Shown here in pieces: positions 25,827 to 38,694 of a stretch of DNA of 64,000 nt. This DNA is from Octopus sinensis (taxonomy: Eukaryota). The notes beneath the pieces were generated by a model. It saw nothing but the letters and a program-made list of their open reading frames with translations. It was not told the DNA's origin and ran no database searches. Positions within the stretch are counted from its first letter, which is position 1; each line of letters starts with the position of its first letter. The DNA lies in contig NC_043001.1 of the NCBI RefSeq assembly GCF_006345805.1, forward strand, positions 33,790,001 to 33,854,000, in the 5' to 3' direction. The position numbers and the translations under genes were made by a program.

Positions 25827-27041
25827 CTAGAATTGAAAGAAAATTTACAGATATTAGTTCATGGCTTCAGAAAATTTTCTAATGAGAACTCACAGACTTG
25901 GAAATATATTAGAAATTAATTTTCTCAATAATCAACAAATGTCTAAAAAGGAAGGCATATTAGGTGAAACTTCATCCTGCATAGAACAAAAAACATGACA
26001 CCCATTAAGTTTATTTACATTATTTGCAACCAAGCAAAAACTTATTTATCTATCTTTCCAATAAAACAACAGAATTGACAGTCTCACATACAATGAGAAA
26101 GAGTGACAGAATGAGAGAGAAAGAAAGAGAGGTAGTAAAACCATAATATGCACACTGAGAATAGTGAACCTGGAATGTTATACAGTACCATTTTACACAC
26201 CAAAACACTGTGCAAGTGATTCCAATGAAATGTGAACTATAAATATATCTGCTGCACTGAATTTGTGGGTGGGTTATTTCCAAATAATCATTAAATTAAT
26301 TTTCATCCCATATGTTACCTAAATTAGCATGATGAGGGCTGATTAATAATCACCAACAACAAATTAATACAAATTGGATTATTTAAAATGGTGTCTGTCA
26401 ATTTTGAATCTCTTTCTCTGTAGGTCACAGAGAGAGAGTGGGAAGGAAGGTCCTCCCTCCTCTTCGTCTCTCTGACCTAGAGGATTTGTATATCATAGTG
26501 GTTCTTTTTCATTCAGTTACCTACATGGGTTGGGCATTTTCAATGAATTTTATCATTTGCATGAACAACTGAAGTATGTTTCACAGCTGAATATAGCTAT
26601 ACAATTGAAAGTAATGCTCACCAACAGGAAGAAATACTTATTAAAATACAGTAATTAATGCAATTTGGATTTCAGTTCAACATTAATGTTAGCACCAGAC
26701 CATGACTTTTAGAACTATTAAGTTGAAGGCCAAAAGCCTTAATGACAGAGTGACACATGCACTTCCAGTTACACTCACACACATACACTTTTACACATAT
26801 AATAACAGTAAACAACGGAGAATGTATAGAAATATGACAACATACAACTCAATCACAACCTAATTCACCAGGCTTCCTAAGAAACAGGTCTGGTGCAACT
26901 TTGAATAAAGACAAGATTGTTATTCAAACACAAGTCAAAGAAAGATTTACCTATAAACAAAAGATTGATAATATGAATTCAAGTATGTATTTTAAAGTTG
27001 TCAAAAATACTTTTATTAATATACAAGTAAAGAAAGATAAC

Positions 27042-27460
27042 TCATCATCATCATCATCATTGTTTAATGTCCGCTTTCCATGTTAGCATGGGTTGGACGA
27101 TTTGACTGAGGACTGGCGAACCAGATAGCTGCACCAGGCTCCAATCTGATCTGGCAGAGTTTCTACAGCTGGATGCCCTTCCTAATGCCAACCACTCTGG
27201 GAGTCCAGCAGCATTGGCAACGACCTCGCTCAAATGTTTTATCAGAGTCCAGCAGCATTGGCAACGACCTCACTCAAATGTTTTTTCATGTGCCACTGGC
27301 ACAAGTGCCAGTAAGGCAACGCTGGTAACAATCACGCTCAAATGGTGGTTTTTACGTGCCACCAGCATGGAAGCCAGTTAGCTGCTCTGGCAACAATCAC
27401 GCTCAGATGGTGCTCTTAGCACTCCACTAGCACAGATGCCAGTCATCGAATTTGATTTGG
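27042..27460 (-). mobile_element. RTE-tail repeat with internal tandem ~45-bp units
   Basis: Reverse complement of the 24425 family; GAGTCCAGCAGCATTGGCAACGACCTC is repeated. Confidence 0.8.
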
Positions 27461-30400
27461 ATATAACTAATAACTTAAAATACAATATTAATACTAATTA
27501 TTCAATTTTTAAAAAACCTGTTTACACACGCATATACATATATTAGTTATGAAGTTTGTTTGCTAATCACATGGTTTTGGGCTCAGACCTACTGTATAGC
27601 ATCTTGGGCAAGTTTTCTACCCTAACTCCAGACTGACCAAAGCCTTGTGGGTGAATTTGGTAGATGTAAGCTTAAAAACTTGTTGTGTATACACATGTAT
27701 GTGTGTGTGTGAGTGCATGAGTGTGTCTCCTTGTCTTGACATTGCGTGACGTAAATGAATGTCATGTGACTTCTAATATTCTGTGGAAACATGCCTGGCT
27801 ATGTGGAAATATTTACCCTGCTTGGAAACAGGTATGGACTTGTGATTGGAAAGGCAACAAGCTGTAGAAAATCTGCCTCAGCGAAGTCCATCTGACCCAT
27901 GCAAGCACAGAAAAGTGGATGTTGAAACAATGATGATGATAATGATAAATTTGATAATTGATGGGTCCGTGAATTTAGAACTTTTTCATGAATTATTTAG
28001 AACGACCATAATACAATCAGATAATAAATCAGAGATGCTCATCTTTACACTAACCATAGAATAAAGTAATCTAAGAAATATTTGGTGTGCAGAGATAATT
28101 CAGGTGAGTGGTTTATTAATTAAATAACCACAGAGCCCATTAATTAATGTGAAATCATTTTAAATTACACAAGTGGACAGAAAATGCTGGATAGCCATTG
28201 AATTCATAACATGGTTTCATAACAACAAAGTAGTTGTTAATTTAAATGAAACATTGCCAGCATTCACCCAGAATAACATCCACTTACATACCAATGGGGA
28301 CCTATAGTTTAGTTACCATAACATATATAGAAACATGTATAAGCTCAACCTACTTCTCTGCAATTGTGTATTAAATACTTAATTGTTTACATACAGCAAC
28401 CATTAAACCATGAACATTCCACCAACTCCACTTCCATGCACAAACAATTGCTCTAAAATTTCTGACTGCAGTCACACATCCTGGGTTCCTAATTCTGCTC
28501 TCACCTTCTGTCTGCTAAAGCAATAGGAAATGTAGCTTGTCTAGGTCTAAAAACAAAAGCTATAATACCATCCAAAACCCAGTACATCCATGCTGGTAAC
28601 AATGTAAATGAGGATGAAGTCTGTAAACAGATAAAGGTTTTGAGGGAATATCTTTTTTTTAAAAAAGAAAGGAAGAAAATTTCTCAGTGTCAACTATGTC
28701 GAAATGTTACCAAATAAATGAATAATGGCAATAAGAATTTAGAATTGAAATGTCAATCTAGTTTCAGATGTAATAAATGATTTATCATTTGTCCTGGGTA
28801 AGACTTGACACAGCATTTGGTTGTGAGGCCCTGATTTGGGAGTAGAACCACTTCTTAGCCATTACTGTTCCCAAGTCTACTCTGACCAAAGGTAGTAGCA
28901 CCTGTCGGGGTACCAGCTATGTGTTAATTAGCATATTATAGAAAAAATTCCAAGCACAAACCCTTGTGAATGTCTTAAGAAAGGAAAGGGTTAGGGGAGT
29001 CCACCTTGACAGCAAATCTAAGAGTGGAGACCCTCAGACAATCTGGTGCCCTCTTTCATACCCTTTCAGCAACTCCAGAGTAGGTAAGGCAATTTACCAA
29101 TGCCACTCCAACATAAAACCTATAACTTGCTGGTCACTGCAGCTATCTTAGCTCACTGAGCCATTGTGATCAGACCTCCAAGTCTAATGAGCAGGATCAG
29201 ATTGTACGGACTGACTCTCACTTTAAAACTACTAAGTGCAGGCTGGAATAAAAGCCCTGCAGCATCAAGAATCAGTGTACATAGCCACTTGAAGGTATAC
29301 CACACTTGAACATGACCTTTGGATATGAAGAAACTGTCATCATCATTTAGGTTTGTAAAATGGCAGCAAGGTAGATATCAATAACTTCAAAATTCATTTA
29401 CCAAAGGCAGTTAAGACATTAAACACTAGACACACGTCAAGCCCTATTACTACAATTCACTGTTTTATCTCAGTGGACAAAACTGAAATCTGCTTGCTTC
29501 AAACTAAGTGATTGACAACACTTTTTTCCTACTTCATGACTGGGTAATTAAACACACAAAAGAAGTGGAAAAACTCCCTTCTGTAATTATTTGCAAATGC
29601 ACAATTTAGAAAAGTTTATCCTACAAAGGAAAACAGAGTTATACAGAAATATAACAAAAAGAAAAGGAGATCATATCTATTTTTTCTTGTTTTCTTTTCT
29701 CTACAGTGCCAGACTGATTTAAGGTTTGAACTTTTTTCTCATTTATTTACCACCAGCCTATTGCTGGTTGATGAATAACAAACTATAAGGCAAGTTTGGA
29801 TTCAATCAGTAATATACTACACTGAATACCTTTGTACCTATATCATCTCAATCTTTTAGTCAATTTCTCAGTTATTTTATCAATCTTTGAAAGATGAAAG
29901 TCTAAACCGACCTAGTTGAAATTTGAACCCACTCAAAGTTGTCAATATTAAGTAGCAATTCCAACATTCTCACAAATGCATTGAATAGATGTATATGCAT
30001 TCCCTAAAATTGAACAACTTGTATCATACTGAATGTGTGTTAATGTAGGACCTTCTTTGTTAATCCCAGAAAAATAAAAGAGGAATTTAGTTGGGGGGGG
30101 GGGGAACTTGGGAAAGTGAGGCACTAAATTAGATTTGTGTATGTGTGTGTGTGTATACCCTTGTCTAAACATCACATGATGGTTGTAAATATCATTGTCT
30201 TATAAGCAAGGTTGTTCCTTGCAATTCTTCTGAGAAGACAAATCTATCCATGGAAAAATACTATCTTGCTTGAAAACAGGTGAGGTTTAAGAGGCAGAAA
30301 GGCCATCCAGCTGTAGAAAATCTGCCTCAACACATTCTGTCTGACCCATGCAAGTATATAAAAGTGGACATTAATGGACGATGATACTCAGAATGCTCCA

Positions 30401-30644
30401 TATTCTACTTTCCCCTCAGTCATATTGTACATAGACTATAAAAATACCTAGTTCAGTACTCTACTGTCTTGTCCATCTCCATTTCCAGTAAAGATAGATT
30501 ACAATGAGATCACTTTGGTCTGATTGTTTAATTTTGTTTAATGAAAATATATTTCGAAAAAAAGAAGAAAAAAATGAATGGCAATGTTAAGATAGGAAAT
30601 CCTAGAGTCAACAAAGAAACACATATTAAATGTATATTATACAA

Positions 30645-30818
30645 TACAGTTCTATATTTAAGAGATGAGGAATTATGAACATTATTTACATTCGATGGAT
30701 ATTTGTCCTCATCTTGTTTGTTGTTTACACAACGTTTCAGCTGATATACCCTCCAGCCTTCTTCAGGCATCTTGGGGAAATTTCGAACCTGGGTTCTTAT
30801 TCCTTAGGTATTTTTCAA

Positions 30819-30849
<31 letters not shown>

Positions 30850-30933
30850 GTTACTGTTCAGGTCACTGCTTGGAATTGAACTCAAAATCTTGGGGTTAAT
30901 ACCCCGCGCTTTTAACCACTACGCCATATGCCC
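30645..30933 (-). mobile_element. tRNA-headed, hammerhead-bearing SINE-like element (left arm of palindrome)
   Basis: Minus strand starts GGGCATATGGCGTAGTGGTTAA (A box) ... GAGTTCAATTCC (B box), then (AAT)n, then the hammerhead at 30771-30726. Confidence 0.85.
30726..30771 (-). ncRNA. Minimal type I hammerhead ribozyme motif, core residues intact
   Basis: GATGC-CTGAAGA-A-GGCTG(GAGGGTATAT)CAGCT-GAAAC-GTT-GTGTA; palindromic AACGTT stem III; GUU site. Confidence 0.8.
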
Positions 30934-31164
30934 ATAGTGGTTAAGAGCGCGGGTTACTAAACCCAAGATTCCGAGTTCAATTCCAAGCAGTGACCTGAAC
31001 AATAATAATAATAATAATGTCAAAAAATACCTTAGGAATGAGAACCCAGGTTTGAAATTTCCCCAAGACACCTGAAGAAGGCTGGAGGGTATATCAGCCA
31101 AAACGTTGCGTTAACAATAAACAAGATGAGGACAAATATCTGTCGAATGTAAATAATATATAAT
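30934..31164 (+). mobile_element. Inverted, 5'- and 3'-truncated second copy of the same element (right arm)
   Basis: Reverse complement of 30672-30921 with scattered substitutions. Confidence 0.85.
31067..31112 (+). ncRNA. Minimal type I hammerhead ribozyme motif, G12A mutant
   Basis: GACAC-CTGAAGA-A-GGCTG(GAGGGTATAT)CAGCC-AAAAC-GTT-GCGTT. Confidence 0.75.
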
Positions 31165-33717
31165 ACACGTTGTGGAATTGTAGAAATTGTAGGAGTGTTT
31201 AGTCAATGCAGTAGTAAATATTCTAGAATAGCTACATAAGAGACAACTCTGAGTTTGAATTTCGCCTAGGTTAGTTTAGACTTGCTTAACTGAAATGGGA
31301 AAATGTGGCATAATTGGTAGATACACAAACACAAGATAAACTCTGTATATTATTATGCAGGTTCATTATACAACTCCATTCAAATTTGGAACAACTGATG
31401 CACAAAAAGAAATAAAACTATATATCAGGAATAACCAGCACAATGCCGAAGGCAATAATGGTGCAAAACTAAAGAGTTAAGAACATTTCTCTTTTCAGGT
31501 ACTTTGGTGATTAAAATACTGAAATCTTAAGGTTTTCAAATAGTCAGAAAATATAAAGATTATAACGAGTATATTTTGAAATTAATTATGCTTAGACACA
31601 ATAGATGTTATCCTCATAAATTATGCAACAACTTCATTGTATTTTCAATAACAAGTTGGTTTTGATAAAACAGATCTAATAAGTTTGTTTTAATATTTTT
31701 CTTACTCTCTAGCTTTCTGTAATTTTTATATTTTTTCCTCTTTTGGGTGGGAGGAATTTTATTTACTTTAAAAACATGAGATGATTCTGCAACAAAAAAA
31801 AAAAAAAAGACAAAAGAATTCCAACTTTCAATTGTTTTTCTATTTTGCTGCCTTTTCCACTTTTCTTAACTGTTGCTTTTGATTTCTTAGAAATACTTTT
31901 TTCAGATTTACATTGATAAACATCAAAAATTATAATTATAGAAAAATATATTTTTATGTTTTTCTTTAAAGAGGCAAAAAATGTAACTGGAATATTGAAA
32001 TTTCTTTCTCTTCTCTTTCTTTCTTTTTTTTTTTTTTTTTTTTGCAAAATCGTAATCTACATCTAAAGACATAAAAACCCAACAAAATTAGTTTTTGGTG
32101 AGCTAAGATCATTTCCAATCTATTCTATAGGATTACTAAATTTATAGGATCCTGTTAAATTTCTTCCAGCCACCTGAAGTTGCCCTAGTCCTTACATAAA
32201 AATGGATGGTGGAGTGGGGACATTGCAGACTATATATCATACAATTTGAAGGAGGGTGCATATTTTACAGTAATAAAATTCATGATTTTAAAACGTTTTT
32301 TATAAGATGGTTGCAGAATAAGTACCTTCTTCTTCAGCAATTGTTGCTTTAAATTTTTTGGGGGATATATCTTTGTTAAAAAATGGTTCACTGACAAGTC
32401 CCAATACTTTAGGATTTTCCTCCCTTCAACTACGGAAGCACTGACCCTCCCATTTACCACAGCATCAAGGATGTGGGAGTAAATAAAAGAGGGACAAAGG
32501 TTAAGACCATCTGGTCACTTTCCATCACTTCTGGATAACCCTGCTGGCTCCAGAACTGAGGAGATATTTAATCAAACTAGGTTTGATGATCAAGTCTAGC
32601 TCATTGTGACAAGTGAAATGACCAGTGTCTAGGCAGCAAAATAAACTTTAAAGGTCTGTGGAGTTGAGAAGCCTACCCCAAAAACATTTCAATCTCCCCC
32701 AAACATCAGCTCCTACTCTGAGTGCAATGGCATTCATCCAAGCTGAGTAGGCCACTAACGTTGGCTACAGGCAGGACATAAGCCCAATGCCTTGAGAATT
32801 TCATACTTGCAGAAAGTTGGGGACACCTTAAAAATTTATCAGATTGATCAAAGAGAGTTGATGGTATCAACTGAATGCTGTTTTGCTCAGTTTTCAATTC
32901 TTTTAATTTTGTTCCAATTGTTGATTTGGTGTATTGACGTAGTTTTGTATGCTAATTATGGAAATGAAATTCCATAGGCAGTTCTGAAAAGATTGTTGAG
33001 ATAAATGAAACAGTCTTCTCAAAACATAAATACCTGACAGGGTGAAAATGATCAAGCTTTAAACCTCTATAAAGTTGTTTTTTTTAATTTCTAGAAAAAG
33101 ATAAGTAACTCCAGCAATTTAGCTTGGAAAAGTATATTATTGTGCCAAACTTTAATTTTTGAAATACTGACAGCCAAACCAACTAGATCCTAATGCGATA
33201 GCACAAACTTAAAAGCTTTATCCAAAAACGTTATTTAGCTGTTAGTTTTAGCACAGCTCGATGACAAAAAGAAACGAATAAACACATATTTAGTAGTGTT
33301 ACGAGTTCAATATGCATTTAATGCGACAAACAGCACATTATAAGTTAAATATTTCACAAAAGCAGAGACTTAAAGCACAGACTTAGAAGATTTATCTAAA
33401 AACAAAATAGCACAAGACAAATTAAATATTTTTTAAAAAACATTTTGTTGATTACTTCATTGAAAACCAAAGATAGAAATGCATTCAATCACTTTCTCGC
33501 ACATGTTTCATGTTTCCTGCGCCACATTAATTCACATGTTCAATTATCAACAGATAGGTAAAATTTCCAGGTGGATAAAACAGTACAACACAGTGTCAAC
33601 AAGTAGTTTTAATATATTTGTCAAGCACGTGCTTTCTTGCAGACAAAAGAGTTCTCATGTTCCATACACTGGACAATGTAGTCAGAAATAAACAAAATGT
33701 AATGGGTGCTAAACTAG

Positions 33718-34130
33718 ATCCTGAAAGTTATGCGGAGAAAACAAAATAACGGATCGTGTGAAATTTTCCGGCAGTCTTATCCCCGCCCTTCGGAAAACAT
33801 TTTCCCCACAAATTTCTTTATAATCGTAATCTATACTGCTTGAAAAGCCAAACGAAGGATAGCCAATGTTTTTCTGTAAAATTTTATCAAAAAATATCCA
33901 TTTTCCTGAAAGTTATGAGGGGGAAAAAAACGGATCGTGTGAATTTTCCGAAATCCTCTCCTCCCACCCCGTCGGAAAACATTTTCCCCAGAAATTTCTT
34001 TATAATCGTAATCTTTGCTATTTGAACGGTATTTCTATAAAATTTCATTGATATATATCCATTTTCCTGAAATTATGAGGAGAAAATGGGATCCTGTAAA
34101 TTTTCCAAAAGCCCCCCCCCCTCCCCCCAA
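33718..34130. repeat. Three diverged ~170-185-bp direct repeats
   Basis: TCCTGAAAGTTATG...GGATCGTGTGAA.TTTTCCG...CGGAAAACATTTTCCCCA.AAATTTCTTTATAATCGTAATCT units start near 33719, 33904 and 34065 (third partial). Confidence 0.85.
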
Positions 34131-35586
34131 CCCGTTCGTTTGCACAAATTTTTGTTTTCATATTCGTTTTCTACACGTTTTGGCGATGCTTCGGTATAGG
34201 TACATACGTGACTTTGTTTACATTTCTGAAGATAACAGAAACCCATTTCTCCCACCCCTAACCCCCCCCCCATATATATAAAAAAAAAACACTTTCTTGA
34301 AATGTATCCGGTATTTCCGGTACTTATACCGAAGTTACGCCCACATTCTTTTTACACCTGGTAGGCTTCGGTTTTTGTTTTTTTTCGTGACCGTGTCTTA
34401 AAGTGTACATTAACCCCATCACATTTTGTTTCTTTCTGACTACATTGTCCTCTCGATTTTAAGGCATGTTCGATCTGAAAGCAGTTTGGCTGCTATTCTT
34501 AGCAAGTTGAGCAACTACGTTAGAAGATTTCCTCGTTAGTTATTGTGGGGTGAGCATAAAGTTAATGCGAATATATAAAAAGGCGAAACTTTAGGTATAA
34601 AATGTTTAACCACAGTATTTACTATTAACTTACCGGATATAAACATCATTTTTTATATTTCCCAAACGGACGTAGATTTTAAAATTGTGGTATTTTTTTG
34701 TTAGTGTTACGGTGGAATAACAAAAACGCCGTTGAAACTTATTTGCAAAAAAGAAAACATTACATAGCTTCGGCTTTTCGTTCTGGCTTCAAATCCCGCC
34801 GAGGTCAACATTGTCTTTTGGCCCTTCGGGGTCGGATAAAATAAAGTACCAGTCAAACATGGAATCGATATAATCGTCTAGCCCCCACTCTTAACAAATT
34901 GCTGGCCTTGTGCCCAAAATTGAAACAATTATGTAGTCTCGCTTTTTGTATTTTTCTTTCTTCAATTAATGACAAATTTGAACAAGCGATATAGAAAACG
35001 CAAAATACATTGGGATCTTTGTAAATTTTGAATAATTTTAACAACGTACAATATTAACAAGGTTATACTAATGATCCAGAAGATTAAATCAAAGAGCAGA
35101 TACACAAAGAAATTCTTGCAAATATGTTGTAGAGAAATCATTAATAGTTCCTGGCATTGCTTCCCCCTTTAACATTTCAATTATCTATGGGTTTTCAACC
35201 GAACTTCCAATAACGAAGCTGACAGCGTCAGCTAGTTTGACCGAGTGAAATAAAAACGTCAAGAAAATACACTTGGTACGTTAAAAACACTGTAAGCGCG
35301 TTGGCTGAATAACCAACCAAACAACGAACAGGTCCCTGCTTTTACAAAAACTGAAGACGTTCAAATGTCGGTACAGACGCGTACGGTTTAACATGAAATA
35401 TATTGTTAAAAAGCTAAAGTAAACTGCGATAGAAATCAGAAATGACGACAGTGGAACAGCATAATTTCATTGTATTTAAAAAGCATGAAAACTATGCACA
35501 GAACGTACATATAGCCTTTACACGGTCTTCTGAACCTATTTTGCCACATATGTTCATGAAGATTTGATGTAAATAATACAACTCTC

Positions 35587-36619
35587 GGATCTTTTCGGTT
35601 TGATCGGCAGTTTTTAACATAATTTCTAGGTAACTAAAAAATTTTAAACTTCGTATACTGGTAGAATGTGTTTATAAAACATCTTTTTCTCTTGGCTTTA
35701 TTGAGCAAATTCATATGGTTTGTAAGATATTTGTTGTTGTTTTTTCTTTCAATATCTGCAATTTCAACCAATCACTGACGTCTATTGAGGTGAAAACATT
35801 CTGTGCCGTATGAATATGTCCCTCGTTTAAGAAACAGGTTGGGTTTATTTACATTTGAGAAGAAAAAAAGATACCCTTCCCCGAACCCCTGGGACGAAAC
35901 AACACCATATCAGAAATAAATAAATTTCAGTGGTGTTTAGAACTGAAAATAAGTCTCTCTTCAAGGCTTATACACGTATATATGAAAATAAGGTATTGGA
36001 TCTTTTCGGTTTGAACGGCAGTTTTTAACATAATTTATGAGGTAACTAAAAAATATTAAACAAGCTCTCCTGTTTTTGTTCTGTTGTCACTATGTCCTGT
36101 TTTCGTTTTGTTGTCACTATGTACTCAGTGACACACACAACTGCAAATTCCAACCAAATGATATATAGATGACTGTAATGTTCTTAGTTTCTCTTCAGTC
36201 ATACAGGAATACAGTACTGGTTATTTGTCATGTAGCTTAAATTTTTAAAAATCTCTCTCTGTAACTTGTGATAAATATTTCATATTTTTATGTGGTTTAT
36301 TTGAAGTCCTCTTGGCTTTATTGAGAAAATTCTATAGTTTGTAAGATATTTGTTGTTTTTTTTTCTTCAATTTTTGCAATTTCAACCAATCAATGACCGT
36401 CTATTGAGGTGAAAACATTCTGTGCCGTATGAATATGTTCCTTGTTTAAGAAACAGATTGAGTTTATTTACATTTGTGAAGAAAAAAAAGATACCCTTCC
36501 CCCCACCTCTAACCCTAAAACAGACTGAAATGCAATAGATCGATACTGGGGTCATAATTATGGGTGACAATTTCATATGACACCGCTAGAAAAAAATGCC
36601 GTTCAAACCGAAAAGATCC
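35587..36619 (+). mobile_element. Composite MITE (GGATCTTTTCGGTTTGAACGGCAG TIRs, 8-bp TSD CAACTCTC) with captured local DNA
   Basis: TSD at 35579-35586 and 36620-36627. Internal second left TIR at 35998. Inserts match 37737-37842 and ~43137-43398. Confidence 0.92.
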
Positions 36620-37369
36620 CAACTCTCGTTCAACATTATGTGGCTTAAACATAAGAAACTCATCCATCAGATATCAAATGTGCCCTTGTGGCTTTTCACT
36701 ACTGTTGTTGGCTATACTGCGCTGCAGCAGTGTACCCCAGCTGTTATTTCAGAAATGCCCTTGTTACTAGTAAAATATACATAATTAAGTGTCTGTGTTT
36801 GTAAAATTATGGAAGTTTCACTAATATCCGTTCTAGCGCAATTTATTTCCACTCTACACTAAACTGCATGCCAGTCCGTTCATACGCTTTACTATTATTG
36901 TTTTGTTTGAATGGAAAGAAAAATGCAAAGAAAGAACCAGATTATTAAAGCTGGATTTGAGCTAGGATCTAAATTGTTAGAAACTAGAAGCAAATGTATA
37001 AGAAAGATAACTAGATTTAGCTCTTTTTTAATAACATTGGTCAGTTGCGAAAGTATACAAAGAGCCAAGACATTTTCGTGAGTATAAATTTTAAGCTAAG
37101 AAACAAATCATTGCCTGGCTCTATACACTACTAATACAGTAGCAAAGGAGGCCCTCTACACGATCATTCGTCCTGCTAGAAAAAGCAGCCAAAATTCCCA
37201 ACTGTTTTATGAAAAGGAAAGATAGCAGATGAATGTAGTCCTTAAATCCTTAAAAATGTTTTAGCCCGAAGGCCGCGGCCATGCTGGGGCACCACTGCTG
37301 AAAAAGATGCTTGTCAGAAGTCGTCAATACATTATCTGAAACCAGCTCACTCTCAAGGCTAACCTGGGA

Positions 37370-37735
37370 GGATCTTTTCGGTTTGAACGGCAGTTTTTTC
37401 TAGCAGTGTCATATGAAATTCTCACCCATAATTATGACCCTAGTATCGATCTATTGCATTTCAATCTGTGTTAGGGGTGGGGGAGGGTATCTTTTTTTTC
37501 TTCACAAATGTAAATAAACCCAATCTGTTTCTTAAACGAGGGACATATTCATACGGCACAGAATGTTTTTTACCTCAATAGACGTCAGTGATTGGTTGAA
37601 ATTGCAGAAACTGAAGAAAAAAAAACAACAAATATCTTACAAACCATAGAATTTTCTCAATAAAGCCAAGAGAAAAGGATGTTTTATAAACACATTCTAC
37701 CAGTGTACGAAGTTTAGTTCAAACCGAAAAGATCC
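37370..37735 (-). mobile_element. MITE of the same family, 8-bp TSD ACCTGGGA
   Basis: TSD at 37362-37369 and 37736-37743; GGATC...GATCC termini; opposite orientation to the other copies. Confidence 0.93.
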
Positions 37736-38694
37736 ACCTGGGACGAAACAACACCATATCAGAAATAAATTTCAGTGGTGTTTAAAACTGGAAATAAGTC
37801 TCTCTTCAAGGCTTATACACGTATATATGAAAATAAGGTATTTATGACCGACTAATAAGCTAGATTTCATTTAAGAGCTGCTATTCATAGAATTTTTTTT
37901 TTTTTTTTACCGATTGCATATTTCATATTTTACTCCTTTTTCAATAGAACTTCTTGAATAGCAAAACAATCCTGAAGATACAAAAAATTAAAAATAGGAT
38001 TAAATACACTCGAAAGGTAATGGACCCTCGAGAAATATTTCTCAACATTTACTAACCATTAAAGATTAAATGTCAACGCGTCATTTTATTTCGACATGTT
38101 ATTTCTGACATAAATCTTTAAGTAAAAAATTTACTTAAGAAAAATCCGTTATAAATTTTTTTGGCTTTATAAGAATGTCCATTTATCGCTGTCATGACAA
38201 CGTTGAGTTTTTGCGTTGTACTTGTTTAAAACATTAATTATAACCGCATCATATCCCATCGTGTCTGAACAACAATACTTTTCTATCTGAACCGATCAAT
38301 AATTTTATCGTCTTCCGATTTATGAACATGTAACAGCGGACAATAAAAGTGAAACATAACTGAGAAGAAATGCAATGGAAGAAAATGGAAAGAAAAAGAT
38401 CTTAATCGTTAATAATCGGCAAAGACTAGAAAATCGTCTCCATCTGTTTCTCGTAAGGAAAAGTCCTGTTAATGTGGAGGCGACCAATTAAGACTGTTTA
38501 TCACCAGTCCTCCATTTCGCCCATAAATCAACTGTGTCCACTGGTCTAGACACTGACAAAAAGCAACACAAAATCGGATTTTACAATTATCATTTTCTTA
38601 CAACGGGTATTTTTCAATTAAAATTTTATTAACGATTTTAACTTTCATTCACTGCGCTTCTTTACAATTTGTTTCACATTTTTGTCAGTCATTA

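Noticed and set aside
28800-29380. Possible LINE 5' UTR with an HDV-like ribozyme
   Set aside because: Could not build the nested double pseudoknot by eye; too decayed to support.
30860-31000. tRNA genes at the palindrome centre
   Set aside because: A and B boxes are present, but the acceptor stem is poor and the sequence continues into a repeat body; it is a tRNA-derived head, not a tRNA gene.
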